DNA of 64,000 bases, from contig NEEC01000002.1 in the NCBI GenBank assembly GCA_002189035.1, positions 2,046,001 to 2,110,000 of the forward strand, given 5' to 3'. The stretch comes from Utricularia gibba (lineage: Eukaryota > Plantae > Magnoliophyta). The notes under the pieces were generated by a model. The model saw nothing but the letters and a program-made list of their open reading frames with translations. It searched no databases and was not told the origin of the DNA. Of the stretch, positions 37,348-49,864 are shown piece after piece. Numbering within the stretch: the stretch's first letter is position 1; each line of letters begins with the position of its first letter. A program made the translations under genes and the position numbers.

Positions 37348-40331
37348 ATGACAAGGGTAAGCCGAGGCTTCAGCTACACTATGCAAAAGGATGCTGCATC
37401 TGCTGTCTCGGCAGATGTGGTGTTTGCATCCACTTGGTTTCCAAGATATACAAGTGGATCTGACAATCAGATCGAGGATGTAAAGGAAGGTCCAAAACTC
37501 TCGTCTATGAAGGAAATGGTGGCAAAGGAAACTGCACAATTGTTGAAGCAGCAGCAAAGACTTTCTGTGCGTGATCTTGCTAACAAATTCGAGAAGGGGC
37601 TGGCTGCTGCAGCAAAGTTGTCCGATGAGGTTCGATTTTTCAGTGATATCGTTATATTGGTTTAAGAGGGTTTATCACCCTTTTCTATACTACCATTGAT
37701 ATCGATCTTCTCCAGTCCTTTGAATTGGACATTATCAGAACTCTTGTATATGTGGATGCTAAGAAGTAAATTTTGTAACATGCATTGATGCCTTCACATT
37801 ACTTGTGTGATTCCAGGCAAGGCTACGGGAGGCAGCCTCCTTGGAGAAACATGTGCTTCTAAAAAAGTTAAAAGATGCACTTGAAGCTCTAAAAGGGCGT
37901 GTTGCTGGCAGAAACAAAGATGACGTCGAGGAAGCTATACTTATGGTTTGTTATTCTTCATCTTCGAGATTTGGTCTAAGTACTTAGTGATTGCCGTGTG
38001 CATTTAGCATTTTCAATACATTCTTGTGTGAAAAGTCTGGAGCGTCTTGTTGCTGGAAAACTTGCGAATGTTAGTGGGCTTGTTTCATTAGTAGATTCTT
38101 TTTGGATTCTACATTGATCTAGAATTCGATAATCATGGTCGAAGATTGTAACAGACACCATGGAAAATCATGGTGGTGAAGTAGGCCATGATGAAAAACT
38201 GTGGGATTATGCAATCATTTTGTCTGTTATGTGTATACTTATGGTTTATATCCTCATCCTTACTTCTGCAAATGGCATGCTATCTGACACCCGGCTTTCC
38301 CTACAAAATTCCTAGCTTGAAGCATTAGCTGCTCAGTTAACGCAAAGAGAAGATGAGCTGGTACAAGAGAAAGCAGAAGTAAAAAAGCTTGCATCTTTCT
38401 TGAAGCAGGTAGATCTACTAATACGTAGTTGCTCTTACTGTTCTTCCCATCTCCTAAAAAGGTGACTTCAAATTCTAGATTTATTTTAAAGTCTGCATTT
38501 ATCCCAGGCTTCTGAAGATGCCAAAAAGCTTGTTGATGAAGAGCGAGCTTTTGCGAAGGCTGAAATTGAGAATGCTAGGGCAGCAGTTCAGAGAGTGGAG
38601 GAGGCTCTTCAGGAGCATGAGAGAATCTCCAAAGCTTCAGGAAATCAGGTCCAACTTTGAAATCTTCTTTTTTATTCAAATCATGCACATTTAAGACAGG
38701 CATTTAGCAAAATTCAGTATTCTTTTGCCTTCAAAAATAGGACCTCGATGAATTGATGAAGGAAGTACAAGAAGCCAGAAGAATCAAAATGCTTCATCAG
38801 CCAAGTCGGGTAGTTGTCTACACTGTGCATTGTTTGGAATCCTTATTTTCTTTTTAATTCTTGTCTGCAGTTGGATTCCTCCATATGCCAGAAAAAAATA
38901 AATTTATTCAGTTGAGCAAATCTTGTTTCTTCAAATAGATAATTTTTCAATCTCTGCCCTTCTGTGGGAAATGTCATTTTGCAGGTCATGGACATGGAGC
39001 ATGAGCTTCGTGCATTAAGGACTCAACTTGCTGAAAAGTCGAGGCACTCACTGAAGCTCCAGAGAGAGGTTATATGCTACCAATCCCTTTTTCTATTTCA
39101 TCAGAAATACAAATATAATTTGAGAAGCAATCGTTTCATGGGGTGCTCTTCTCCATTTTTGATTTTCACCCCGGTAGCTTGTTATGGTTTCAATGTGAAT
39201 CTCCAAAGGTTCTTACTCAAAGTTGAAAATGTACTCCAGCTGGCAACATGCAAGAAGGGAGATGAGCTCATGTGTCGTTTCTATGAGATTGATGGTACCG
39301 AGTCTTTGGGTTCATATCTGAGAATATCTGCTCTTGATGGTGCTCCAGACCTTCTGGGCTGTACTATCCAGTGGTACCGTTCGACTCCAGGGAGTACCGA
39401 AAAGGAGCTTATTTCAGGTATATACACAAGAGTCAGTAATATTTTGTTGTCAATTGTGTAGTTTATGTCAATGGCTTTTCTTAATCTCAGGTGCTAACAA
39501 ATCTACATATGCTCCGGAACCGTTTGATGTTGGAAGAATCCTTCTGGCTGAAATTTCTAATGACGACACGACGATAACTGTAGCAACATCTGGTCCTGTT
39601 GATCCTGGTGCAGCCCAATATTCATCTGTGTTCTGGTGTTCTTTCCACTTCGCACTTCTGTATAACCATGCTCTTTCCTGGCAGCTCCTGGGTTGGGGAA
39701 CTATGTGGAAGCACTGGTCCGGAGACACGAAACCGAGTTTACGGTATGTGAATTTTTCCATGATGGCACAAAAGGTGCATCCATCGCCCTCACAAGTTTT
39801 TTGTTTTTGTTTTTGAATGAATCCACTGCAGGTGGTAGTCATCGAAGTGAATGGAGAAGATCAGTCACAAGAATCCATCCACGTACTGCACATCGGAAAG
39901 ATGGGGATGAAGCTCCGCAAGGGGAAAACCGTGAGCGCAAAGGAATACTACTCAAACACCATGCAGGTAGCTCACTCAGACGCTTTTTCATAGAAAATTT
40001 TTCTCCCCTGAAACTGAAACACGCTCATCTCTCTTATCCTCAGTTCTGTGGGATAAGAGGTGGAGGATCCGCCGCTCCTCAGACAGCATTCTGGCAAGCC
40101 AAAACCGGGGTTTCCTTCATATTAGCATTCGAGTCAGATCGAGAAAGGAACACAGCCATAATGCTGGCAAGAAGATATGCCTCAGACTGCAATGTGAGTC
40201 TGAACTACAAACACCCAAGATCATCTCTCTGTGTTTCACTCTTCCTGACATTACCAGAAACTCATCTTCCCATCTCCCTGAAACAGACCGTGCTGGCGGG
40301 GCCGGTAGATGCGTCTGCTTCAGGAAGCTGA
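37348..40331 (+). CDS. SCAB1: Stomatal closure-related actin-binding protein (SCAB family)
   Basis: VSADVVFAS..FP, RLSVRDLANKFEKGLAAAAKLSDE, LEKHVLLKKLKDALEALKGRVAGRNKDDVEEAI, KEVQEARRIKMLHQPSR|VMDMEHEL, YAPEPFDVGRILLAEI and AFESDRERNTAIMLARRYA. The paralog assignment is tentative. Confidence 0.9.
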
Positions 40332-40910
40332 TGTCTGTTTGCTTGGACTGGGCACTCATTATGCTTGTTGTGTAACAGTAGTGATAAGCATTTAGCAGGT
40401 GACCATGAAGGTTGTGTGTGGCTTGAATGAGCAGTGCAGTCAGCTAGCTGTGAGTCCTCAGTTGCCATCTCCTGGTTTTCTTCTTCTTGGGGTGTGTTTT
40501 CAGTTTGCTTGTAAATGCTGCTTCTGTCGCTCCTCTTTTTTTTTTTTACATGGAATTATCTTTTATTCCTAGTTACTTTAATATGTTTGAAAATGGTAAT
40601 CCCACCAACCTTAAGTTAATTTTTTTTATAATTAATAAAATTTATAAAAATAAAAAAATGTTATTAAAATTTTATATTTAAAGCAAGTGTTTTTAATTCC
40701 TTTTATTGTTAAAAAAAAAGAAGCCAACCATCGAAATAAATGTGGGCTTTATGCCATGCCGGCCCATTAGTAGTCTGAATTAGAGATGGGCCAAATTAAA
40801 CCCCAGACCAGCCCATTACAAGGATCAAAAGAAGCCATCATTGATTCGTCCACGACACGACGAAGGAAGGCGGAAGCTGGGCCACAAGTCAACAGAAATC
40901 CGAATCATCG

Positions 40911-43119
40911 ATGGGAGACGACGGTGGAACTACCTCCGGTACCACTCCCGAGGAGGATCTTCTGCTGAAGAAGTTTTTTGCTGAAGTTGGGGAGGTCGAA
41001 CGCGAAAATGAAGTGACTAGGTTTGTTGCCGCCATTCATTCTCATTTCTCCCTTCCAAACTTTGTAATATGATAGAAAGTTGTTGCGTCTTTTAGATTCT
41101 CAAGTTTCGTTGTGACCTATTTGTTGTTATTACCCATTTTGAGGCTGGAAATGCTATAACGGTTCCGATGAGGAGAAATTTTATTGAGTTTGTGGTTGTG
41201 AGTTTCTAGGGAAATTATTCGAGCACTCATTTAAGATTAGCTGAAATATCACGGGGGAAGCTCTTTTAATCCTTGTAGTCTTTGACTCTTTAATGGGCTA
41301 CAGTGCCTCGTCTTTATCTCGTTCATAATTTGATTTAGTATGCTGCTCTATTTCTTTGCATTGTTGTACGACAGGATCCTTTCCTGCTTCAAGTTAAATG
41401 CTTTTGAGTATCTCAATCTACCATTCGATTCCTCTGTGGATGATGTGAAAAGGCAATATCGTAAGGTGATTTTTGATCATCAGTAATAATGAGGCATCTG
41501 GGTGTCTGGTGTTCCATGAAATACTTAACAGCTTTATTTGCATGTTCTCATTTTACAGTTGTCGTTACTGGTTCATCCTGATAAGTGTAAACATCCACAA
41601 GCTAAGGACGCATTTGGAGGTATCTATGTCATTATTAGATTCCAGATCATCGTAGTTCAGAAGCAAGCTCCCCATTATTTCTGCCTTATCAAATACATAT
41701 TCTAGTTGCATGTGCCGCATGAGTTGTAGTTTATGTAGTTCGTATTAATTGTCTTTAGAGAACGAAAATTTTGATTTTCTTTGCTACCAATATTTTCTTC
41801 GCCACTTTTTTTATAATGATGGTTTCTTGAATTGCCTTTGCTGTCCGTCTTGTGCGTCTGGAACAGCGTTAGCAAAAGCACAACAGATATTGCTTGACCC
41901 AAAAGAGAGAGAGTATATTTTGAACCAAGTTACTGCTGCAAAAGGTTGTCGCACCCTCAATGTGCTTTTTTATTGTCCTGCGGGACCTTGGCGTTAGTCA
42001 GTGTGCTGAATTTTTAATTTTTATTTTTTCCATGCAGAGGAGCTTCGGGCAAAGAGAAAGAAGCAGCTGAAAAAGGACAATGCTGCAAAAATAAGACAAT
42101 TAGTGAACGAGGTAATGTAAATCACTTTGAACAATGTAAAGCTTTCTCTTTTTTTTTTATTTGTTTCTCCTAAAAACTAAACATTCCTCTAGCTCTTGAT
42201 TTTCCGATGAATGATTATGCTGTTCATCATGATCTTTTCTTCACATAACCGATTTAAAAATATGCAGGGAATGCATGAGAAGGAATATGAACGGTCAGAT
42301 GAATTCCAACTAGAGCTAAAACTGAAGGTTCGAGAGCTCTTAACAGATCAGGAATGGAGGAGAAGGAAGATGCAGATGAGGGTGCGCATCATTTGTTATC
42401 ATTTAATCAGGTTTTCCTATTTAGTATGCACTTGAATATCGCAGATATCGGAGGAGGAAGGGAGATTGAAGAAAGACGAGGAAGAGACTAAGGAGTTGTG
42501 GAAACGCAAGCGTGAGCATGAAGAGCAGTGGGAAGGCACAAGAGAACAGAGGGTTAGCTTCAATACATCTTATGGCATCTATGCTACTTATTCTGCTCCT
42601 TCTCAAAAAATATTTTAAGTTGGTTTGCCAAGATATCGCACGTTTTCCATTCACCATGCCAGTCCAGTTCATATGAAAAAAGTCAAAACCTTTTGATTTA
42701 CCCGCCATCATGCGCATTTGGACAAGCAAGTTGCTGGTGCTGGTCACTAATTTGGCTGTCTACTTATTTTCTTGCTTAAGAAACCATGATGTATTTAGTT
42801 CCTGTAGAATGGCCTGAAGCCAGGGAGACAGTGATGCTAAATATTGTGCCCCGAACTCTGCATCAGTAAAGCAAACTGATTCTGTTTTCGTGTCTACTAC
42901 TTATCAACAGGTTTCAAGCTGGAGGGATTTCATGAAGGGTGGAAAGAAGGCAAACGATCAATCCACCTCGCCTTTTGACAAGCATTCTACCATTTATTGA
43001 AGAAGTCTCATTTGGTTAACTCTCTTTGGCAGGTGAAGAAGGGCGAAGTTCGGCCCCCAAAGCTCAAGACTGAGGACCCCAACAAATCATATGTTCAAAG
43101 ACCTGTAAAACGAGGCTGA
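40911..43119 (+). CDS. J-domain protein, DNAJC8/Spf31-like
   Basis: EDLLLKKFFAEVGEVERENEV|ILSCFKLNAFEYLNLPF...VKRQYRK|LSLLVHPDKCKHP, EWRRRKMQMR|ISEEEGRLKKDEEE, REQR|VSSWRDFMKGGKK|VKKGEVRPPKLKTEDPNKSYVQRPVKRG*. The last intron is GC-AG. Confidence 0.92.
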
Positions 43120-44441
43120 TTATTCCTTCACAGATTAACCCTCCACTCCACAAACATCTTGTAGGCCACCGGAACAGAATCCACCTCGCAAGATCCACCC
43201 ACAAAGCTTCCCTCCGGAACGTGAATGCTTATCTTTGTGTGGGAGTGTTTTAAAATCAGATGTAATTCATCCTCTGATTTCTGTATGGTTTTGGATTGAA
43301 TTTTTTTTTTATAGTAGATTAAATTAGATTTATTTTATGATAAAAGTAATTAAATTATTGAATTGAGCTTAGAATTCAAATTAAATTCAATGCATCTTCA
43401 AATTTGAAAACAATAATATGTGGACTGGAATATTTATGATGAAGGCGGTTTTTCAAAGAGATGATTTACAAATTTGATTACTTCATAATATCTATGAAAA
43501 AATTAACCATTTTTTAACTAATTTTTTTATTTAAATAAAAAGTGAGAATGTAAATGCCTTGGACTTTGCTTCGAGTTCAAGCGCCATAATGTGCAAGTCG
43601 AAGGGTCTACGTGCTTAGATCTCAAACAGTTGACATTCATTACCCATTTCCATCCGTTTGGCTGGCAAAGGCTATTGTGTACTAGGTTGGCAAATGGTGG
43701 GCAATGGCCTTGCTCCACCAGATTCGCATTCACACAATAACATATTTACAGTTGATTGAGTTTACTTGCACACCACCCAAAAAGCAAAAGAAAAGAAAAG
43801 AAAAGGGTGCTCTCCCATTTCATGGGGTAGCATCATCACCTATCTACTCCGGATTACAGCAGCAGCAACACACTTTGACTCAACGAGAGGTTAAGTTGAT
43901 TTCTCTCATCTTGGAGTTGGAGTGAAGCTGAGGGCGTTTCATTTTTGCAGCCTCTCACTGTGCTCAATCTCCTCTCCTGATGATTCTCCAACACTTTTCC
44001 TCACAAGATGCTCCACTTTTGGCCATCTGCAAAGACAGAAAGATACAAGGGAAGGAAGGCACCTTCTTCGGTGAGCAGGTAGAAGGAAATAGTGATCATT
44101 AGTCTGAAAGCTACATGGGTGGAAGAGAATAGAGATGACTTTTGCCAAGAACTAGAATGGTGGCCTGCCTAAGACCCCTAAAGTGTTGGACCATATAAAG
44201 CGCTTTAATTATGACCATAAACTTTAAAGTTCCCATACCATTCTTTCCAAAACATACTTTCCCATCGAGCCCGAAAAGTATTCGACTTCAGTCACATACT
44301 AAGGTAACAATGATCAGATAAACAGCAAATGATCACAGAAGACATTTGTCACCCAAGTGATTCATGCAAGGGAACTACATATAGCTCAGATTTTCAGAAA
44401 CCGAAGATCATCAGCAAGAGAAACGGGCTTACCATGTAAAG

Positions 44442-45523
44442 TTAGTCCTTGAAAATAACAGAATGTGCAATCTCCATCAACGAGCCCAAGCAATCAGGTG
44501 AGAATTTCCTTGCGAACATGTAAGAGTAGCTGGAGTTTGATTCCCTTAGGTTGTAAATAAGTCTAGAGGACACTTCAGAAGGTTGATATGTATGTGGATG
44601 CCCTCCTACACTGTTGGTCCAGTTGACCCTTGTCAAGGTGTAGTGAGTAGAGCCATTTGGATCCTTCATTGACAACAATGTAGGAAAATAATGCTCCTCT
44701 GGATAGCATGAATCCACATTCAAACATGGCAGCTTAAACTTGTTCCACAGCTTAGTATCCTTAATCACCATTAAAGCATGCCTTCGAGTAAGGATAAAAA
44801 ACTGTGAACCCACTCGAAATTCATGAAAATGAACTTCAGGGATCATCACACCCTCACCTCTAGCATTATACCTATCCCATAACGTGGGTTCGTCATCGAG
44901 AATCTCAATATAGCTATGGAAATCCAAATCCCTTGACAATTTGTTCCAATCAAACAGGAAATTGTACAAATAAGAAAAGGAGTGAAGCGGGATGCAGTAC
45001 TGAGAGACGAGGGCGAAATAAGTGTTAGCTGGGTCGTCATGGATCGCCGTCGCCAGAAGGCGGCGAGCGGCGGAAATGAGCGTCGGCGAAGATCTGTATG
45101 TTCTCTTCGAGTGGATAAGCTTGCCCTTAAAAATACCTTCCAAAGGAGGAATTTTCACATAGGGATCGGCATGGACGTAGACGTTGTACCGTTCAGCGGT
45201 TACGTTCTCAAAGAAAATTTCCCACAAAGGAGCGAAATGGAGTTTCGAGTTAGAGAGGAAGAGGAAGGCAATTTTGGGGCGGCGCACGGAGATGGAAAGA
45301 TGCGATTTCACAGAAGGGTGACGCATGGAGCGGCGGCGGGAGACACCGGTGGCATCCATCGCGATAGCCTTGTGAAAAAGCGAGGTATCATCCAACTCAT
45401 CGGGAACAGCAACGGGGTTACGCCCGGAGGGAGAAAGCGCGGGGAAAAGAAGAAGTAGAAAAGGGGCAAGGAGAAAACAAGAATAAGCGCAGGAATAATC
45501 GCGGAGCGAGTAGAGGAGACCAT
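44442..45523 (-). CDS. Core-2/I-branching beta-1,6-GlcNAc transferase family (GT14-like/DUF266, BC10-like), type II membrane protein; 1-nt frameshift at 45414-45417
   Basis: N-terminal TM LILVFSLPLFYFFFSPRFLPP, then PDELDDTSLF, PKIAFLFLSNSKLHFAPLWEIFF, YNVYVHADP, LISAARRLLATA, FALVSQYCIPLHSF, FRVGSQFFILTRRHA, CYPEEHYFPTLL and FARKFSPDC. Confidence 0.92.
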
Positions 45524-46231
45524 CACCAGTGACGATTGACGAAGACTAGCAAAGAATTTACATAAAAGGCGAAGCGAAAGTCATACCGGCGGCGGGTGAA
45601 GGGTTTTCCTCGTCGGAGGCGGCGACGTAGAAGAACGAGAAACTGACCTCGGGGAGAAAGCCTTCAGGCAAACAAAAAAAGAAAGCTTTTTTATTTACTT
45701 AATCTTCAATAATTAAAATAAATAATTTCTAGGACACCGGAGACTGCCACGTACCGGTGACTCGCGATACACTCCCGCGAGAAGACACCTCTAATTTCCA
45801 TGAATAATTAAATATTTTCTTTGGAATTTTTGTCTTTTTTATTTTTAATTCATTAATTAAAATAATTATTTTCTAGAATGCTGGTGATGGCTGCGTAGCG
45901 ATGACGTCAACATTACCAATTATTATTGTTGAAAATGACGTGGATATGTCATTTTAACTCATTGTATGAGACATAATTCGAATTAATATTTAATTATTTA
46001 TTTTAAATAAACTGTTAAATAATTTATTTTGTTCAAAACTTTATTTCTAATTCAATAATTTTTTATTATTTTTTCCAATTGTTAATGTCTGCCACGTCAC
46101 TGTCATCTTAGTTGAAGGAGAATGAAGGCATCGGAAGCCGTATATGTTATCCAAGCCATTCCTTTTTCTCTGGCACCCGAAACTCCCATCGCCTCAGCTG
46201 GGCCTCGTTTCTGCCCCAAATCGGCGTGCCC

Positions 46232-46965
46232 ATGGCGGATCCCGGAAGACCCGTTACCGGATACCCTGCTCCAAATCAGCCGCCGCCGGGGTTTCCTATC
46301 CCTACGCAGCGCCTCCGCCGTCGGGAGCTTACTTCAACTACCACAACAATCCACAGAGTAACCAGTATTATCCGGATAACCCGCAGCGCCTTGTATTCTT
46401 GCGCCGCATTTTCGCACTCGCAATTGGGGCGCTTCTCATTTTCGGAACCGTCAGCTTCGTGATGTGGTTGATTTTCCGGCCTCAGTTGCCGCAGTTCCAG
46501 GTGGATTCATTGGCAGTCTCCAATTTCACACTGGGAAACTCTTCCCTTGTTTCCTTCACTTCGGCAATCCGCTTAACGGCGGTGAATCCCAACAGGAAGT
46601 TGAGACTCGATTACGATCACATCCAGGCCGCTCTCTCTTACAGATCGGCGACGCTTTCCGAAACTAGTGTTCCTCCATTTTCTCAGGAGACTAGGAGCGT
46701 CACATCCTTGACGGCGAATTTCGCTGCGGCGGGGAGTTTTCTAGACGGATCTGAGGTCAGTAGGATTAATGGTGAAAGGTTGAGTAATGGGAATGTGAAC
46801 TTTAACTTGAGGATGCTGTCTGAGGTTTCGTTTCGTGCAACGGCATGGAGAACGAGGACGAGGCTTGTCAGGGTGATATGCTTAGATTTGGTTGTTGGGT
46901 TGCCGAATAATTCAAGCTCTGGAACATTAAGAGCAGGGCCAAGGCCATGCCGGGTAGGGATTTGA
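46232..46965 (+). CDS. NDR1/HIN1-like (LEA_2 domain) protein; 1-nt frameshift at 46288-46291
   Basis: MADPGRPVTGYPAP...YPYAAPPP, TM IFALAIGALLIFGTVSFVMWLIFRPQLPQFQVDSLAVSNF, NPNRKLRLDYDHIQA and RVICLDL.VG...C.V. This is the typical NHL architecture. Confidence 0.88.
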
Positions 46966-48010
46966 GGTGATGTTTCACTCTTTTAACTCTGCCGATATAC
47001 ACCATGGTGCATATGATACCTTGTCAGCTGCAAACAGGGCTTCTTTTAATATAGGTAGTTGGTTTCTCTGGTATTCAAGTCCGGGTTTTGTGGGGTTGTA
47101 AACAGGATATAGCCATCAAAAGGGGTTACCTAAAACCCCCGCTGATCACAAAAAGAATAGATTTTGAACCGGAAATTGCAGGTGTGAGGATGGGAGTTCT
47201 TTTGAGTAGCAGGAATGGACTGCTGAGGTGTAAGTTCTCCGCGGTCACTGCATTTAACACTATGTTCCTTTTTTGTAGGTTTATGATTATGATACCATGG
47301 GCATCTATGATTAGAAGATCCTTGCATTGGGTGGTAGAATTTGCAATTCAAAAATCCCCTACGAAACAACACGGGCTGTGGAAATGACTCAGGGGTCTAT
47401 ACGAGTACAAATGGCTGATCTCCAGGGATTGTTTATGTACAAGCCGACCGTTGTACATGGAGAACATCATCAGTATTTCCGGGATCTTGATGCATATTAG
47501 CTTTATATGAAGAGATATGAATATTTATTAGTTATCTTGTGACAGTAGGGTGATTTAAGTTGCTTAGTCGTAGAAGCCAAAAAGATGTATATCACTTGAG
47601 GCAGGGGTCTCTGATGTCTGGACTCTAGACTGCACTCTGAAGTGGTCTTCGGGATGTTTTGGTTCCATGCTCGATCATTGTGTACTGCAGATAGAGGTTT
47701 TGATGCGATTCATTCAATAACGGCATCTCCTCCTGTTGGAATTGCGCTCGGAAAAGCCGGCATTCTATATGGATTTTACCATTCTTATAAGCTGAGCTAT
47801 TCAAGCAGGGTGGATGTCACACACACACAAAGGGAAGAAAGGGGTTTAAAATAACTGAAACTTTGGAGCTTGCAAAGTCCTGTGGAGAATCCACAGTTTC
47901 TGTTTAAAATATGATCACAAACATTGGGGAGAACATAACCTGATTCAGATTTCGATTCTCTCCTACACTGCTGTCAGAGTTCTGATCACATGATTCTGTG
48001 TCAGATATCA

Positions 48011-49468
48011 CTACTTCCTGAAAACGAACTTGTATCCTATTTTATGAGGTAAAGTAAGCTTGCTTGATGTGCGTTCGCAGTAGAGTTTTAACTTCAAAAT
48101 TCCTCTATCGGCATTGTTTAGTGGAGCCAGGTTTGAAGAATGCGGATCAATCCCTGGCTTCTGCCTCCTTCGTTTTCTTTTGCGTATGGCTACCGGGGTC
48201 ACAGAGGCCTGCAGAAAGGAGCAAGTATGTACACATTTGGTTTATTAGAGGGCATGAACATGCAACAAGATTTGCTTTCTTACTGGTTCAGAACCTGGCT
48301 TTCTCTTTAGCTTACTTCCCGTTTCCAAGAAATGAAGCACCTCATTTCTCGAGCGGAATCTTCTGTTTCCTTTTGGATCAATATAATACTGCAAAAGTTT
48401 TGATGTGAGGCGGATTCAAGTATAACCGAAAAATGAGATTTCATTTCTTTGTAGGAAAACATCCTAAGGCAGAAAAAGTCACCGATAGTGTCAAGTGTTG
48501 AGTATAACATCTGGAAGTTATTCAACGTGAAAACTGCTCAAAGTGCAGGCAAAAAAACTGGCTTACAATGAACAAAAAGCAAGGCAAACTACTAAACGTG
48601 TTCTGATTAACAGTTTTATATACAATAGATTTCACTCCCCAAGGTCACTGAGGCATGCACTTAAAGGCTTTGCAAAAGGAAACAGCATGAAATACCTCTA
48701 GTAAATCAAAACCTAAACCAGAAAGCTTCTTCGCACGTTGTTGTGTGCCACATAGAAAATGCATATACACACAAAAAACTTGTATTCAGGGTGTTGCTTG
48801 GGAAACATAGTTTTCTTCTACTTCAACTCCCCCTCCCTATCACAGCTACAATACGCATAGAAGTTATCTGTCACAATGAGCAGTGGCGATACAAGCCCTC
48901 GATGCGATATCAAGTGCTATACTTTCACTAGGAAATCTAAAAAAAGACAAGCTAAGTATAAACAAAACAAAGAAACCCAATGGCACAATGACTCTGCAGA
49001 ACACACAACCAAGAAAAGGATAACCAGCAAATACAAAGCATAAAAAACCCTCACAGACAAAAGATCGCAAGTTCAAAAATAACCCCTCTTGCAAAAGCAG
49101 CCCATTCCCACACCTCCAAAAAGGAATAGCAATAACAAAGATGAAGAAGGAAGAGAAAACTACTCGATCAATATGCCCCTTCGTAGCCCCAGAGACCCTC
49201 TCCTTCAACTCCATTTTCCAGTCCTCAGGCAACCAACTAGGCCTCTTCCCCAACTCCTCCTCGCTTCTCCGCTTCAAAGACTTGGACGCCGAGTACCGAG
49301 ACGCATCATGAGGATCATACATTGAAATCGGCTGCGCATCAATGGCTACACCAGGCGTAAACACACCTCCCGTCTCACCTCCCCTGGTTCAATGAATGCG
49401 TCGGATCCCAGAAGAGGGTCTGCCGCCGCAGCCCCTGGATTCCGACCTCCAAACTTGGACTCCGTCAT
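48011..49468 (-). CDS. Methyl-CpG-binding domain protein, MBD5/6-like (exons 49468-49164, 48388-48284, last exon provisional); 1-nt frameshift at 49369-49371
   Basis: DPLLGSDAFIEPG, AIDAQPIS, then MBD core RPSWLPEDWKMELKERVSGATKGHIDR|YYIDPKGNRRFRSRNEVLHFLETG across a phase-0 GT-AG intron. The C-terminal frame is uncertain. Confidence 0.8.
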
Positions 49469-49864
49469 CGTGATCCCGCGTAACCAGGACCAGGTGCTAA
49501 CCCTTGGCTTTGATTTTGAATTCTCCAATCGGCAGTTGAGAACATTTATTCCATTTGATCTCTCAAATTGTCAGATTATCTGTAAACTGACTCCATCAGG
49601 TTCTACCCTTAATTCATGTTTAATTATGATTTTGCACTTTTTTATAATTTAATTTAATATATTCTAAATATATGCATATATAAATAGAAACAATAATTCA
49701 AAATTAACCAAAAAATTATGAATTTCAATGTTGAATTATTACAACAATTGATTTAATACATTAAAAATTCTAGTCGGATGCATCATGTCGACATTGGGCC
49801 CCACGTGTTCCTTTTTATCCATAAAATAAAAAAATGAATACATGACGATAATGCCCTTGAAGCC

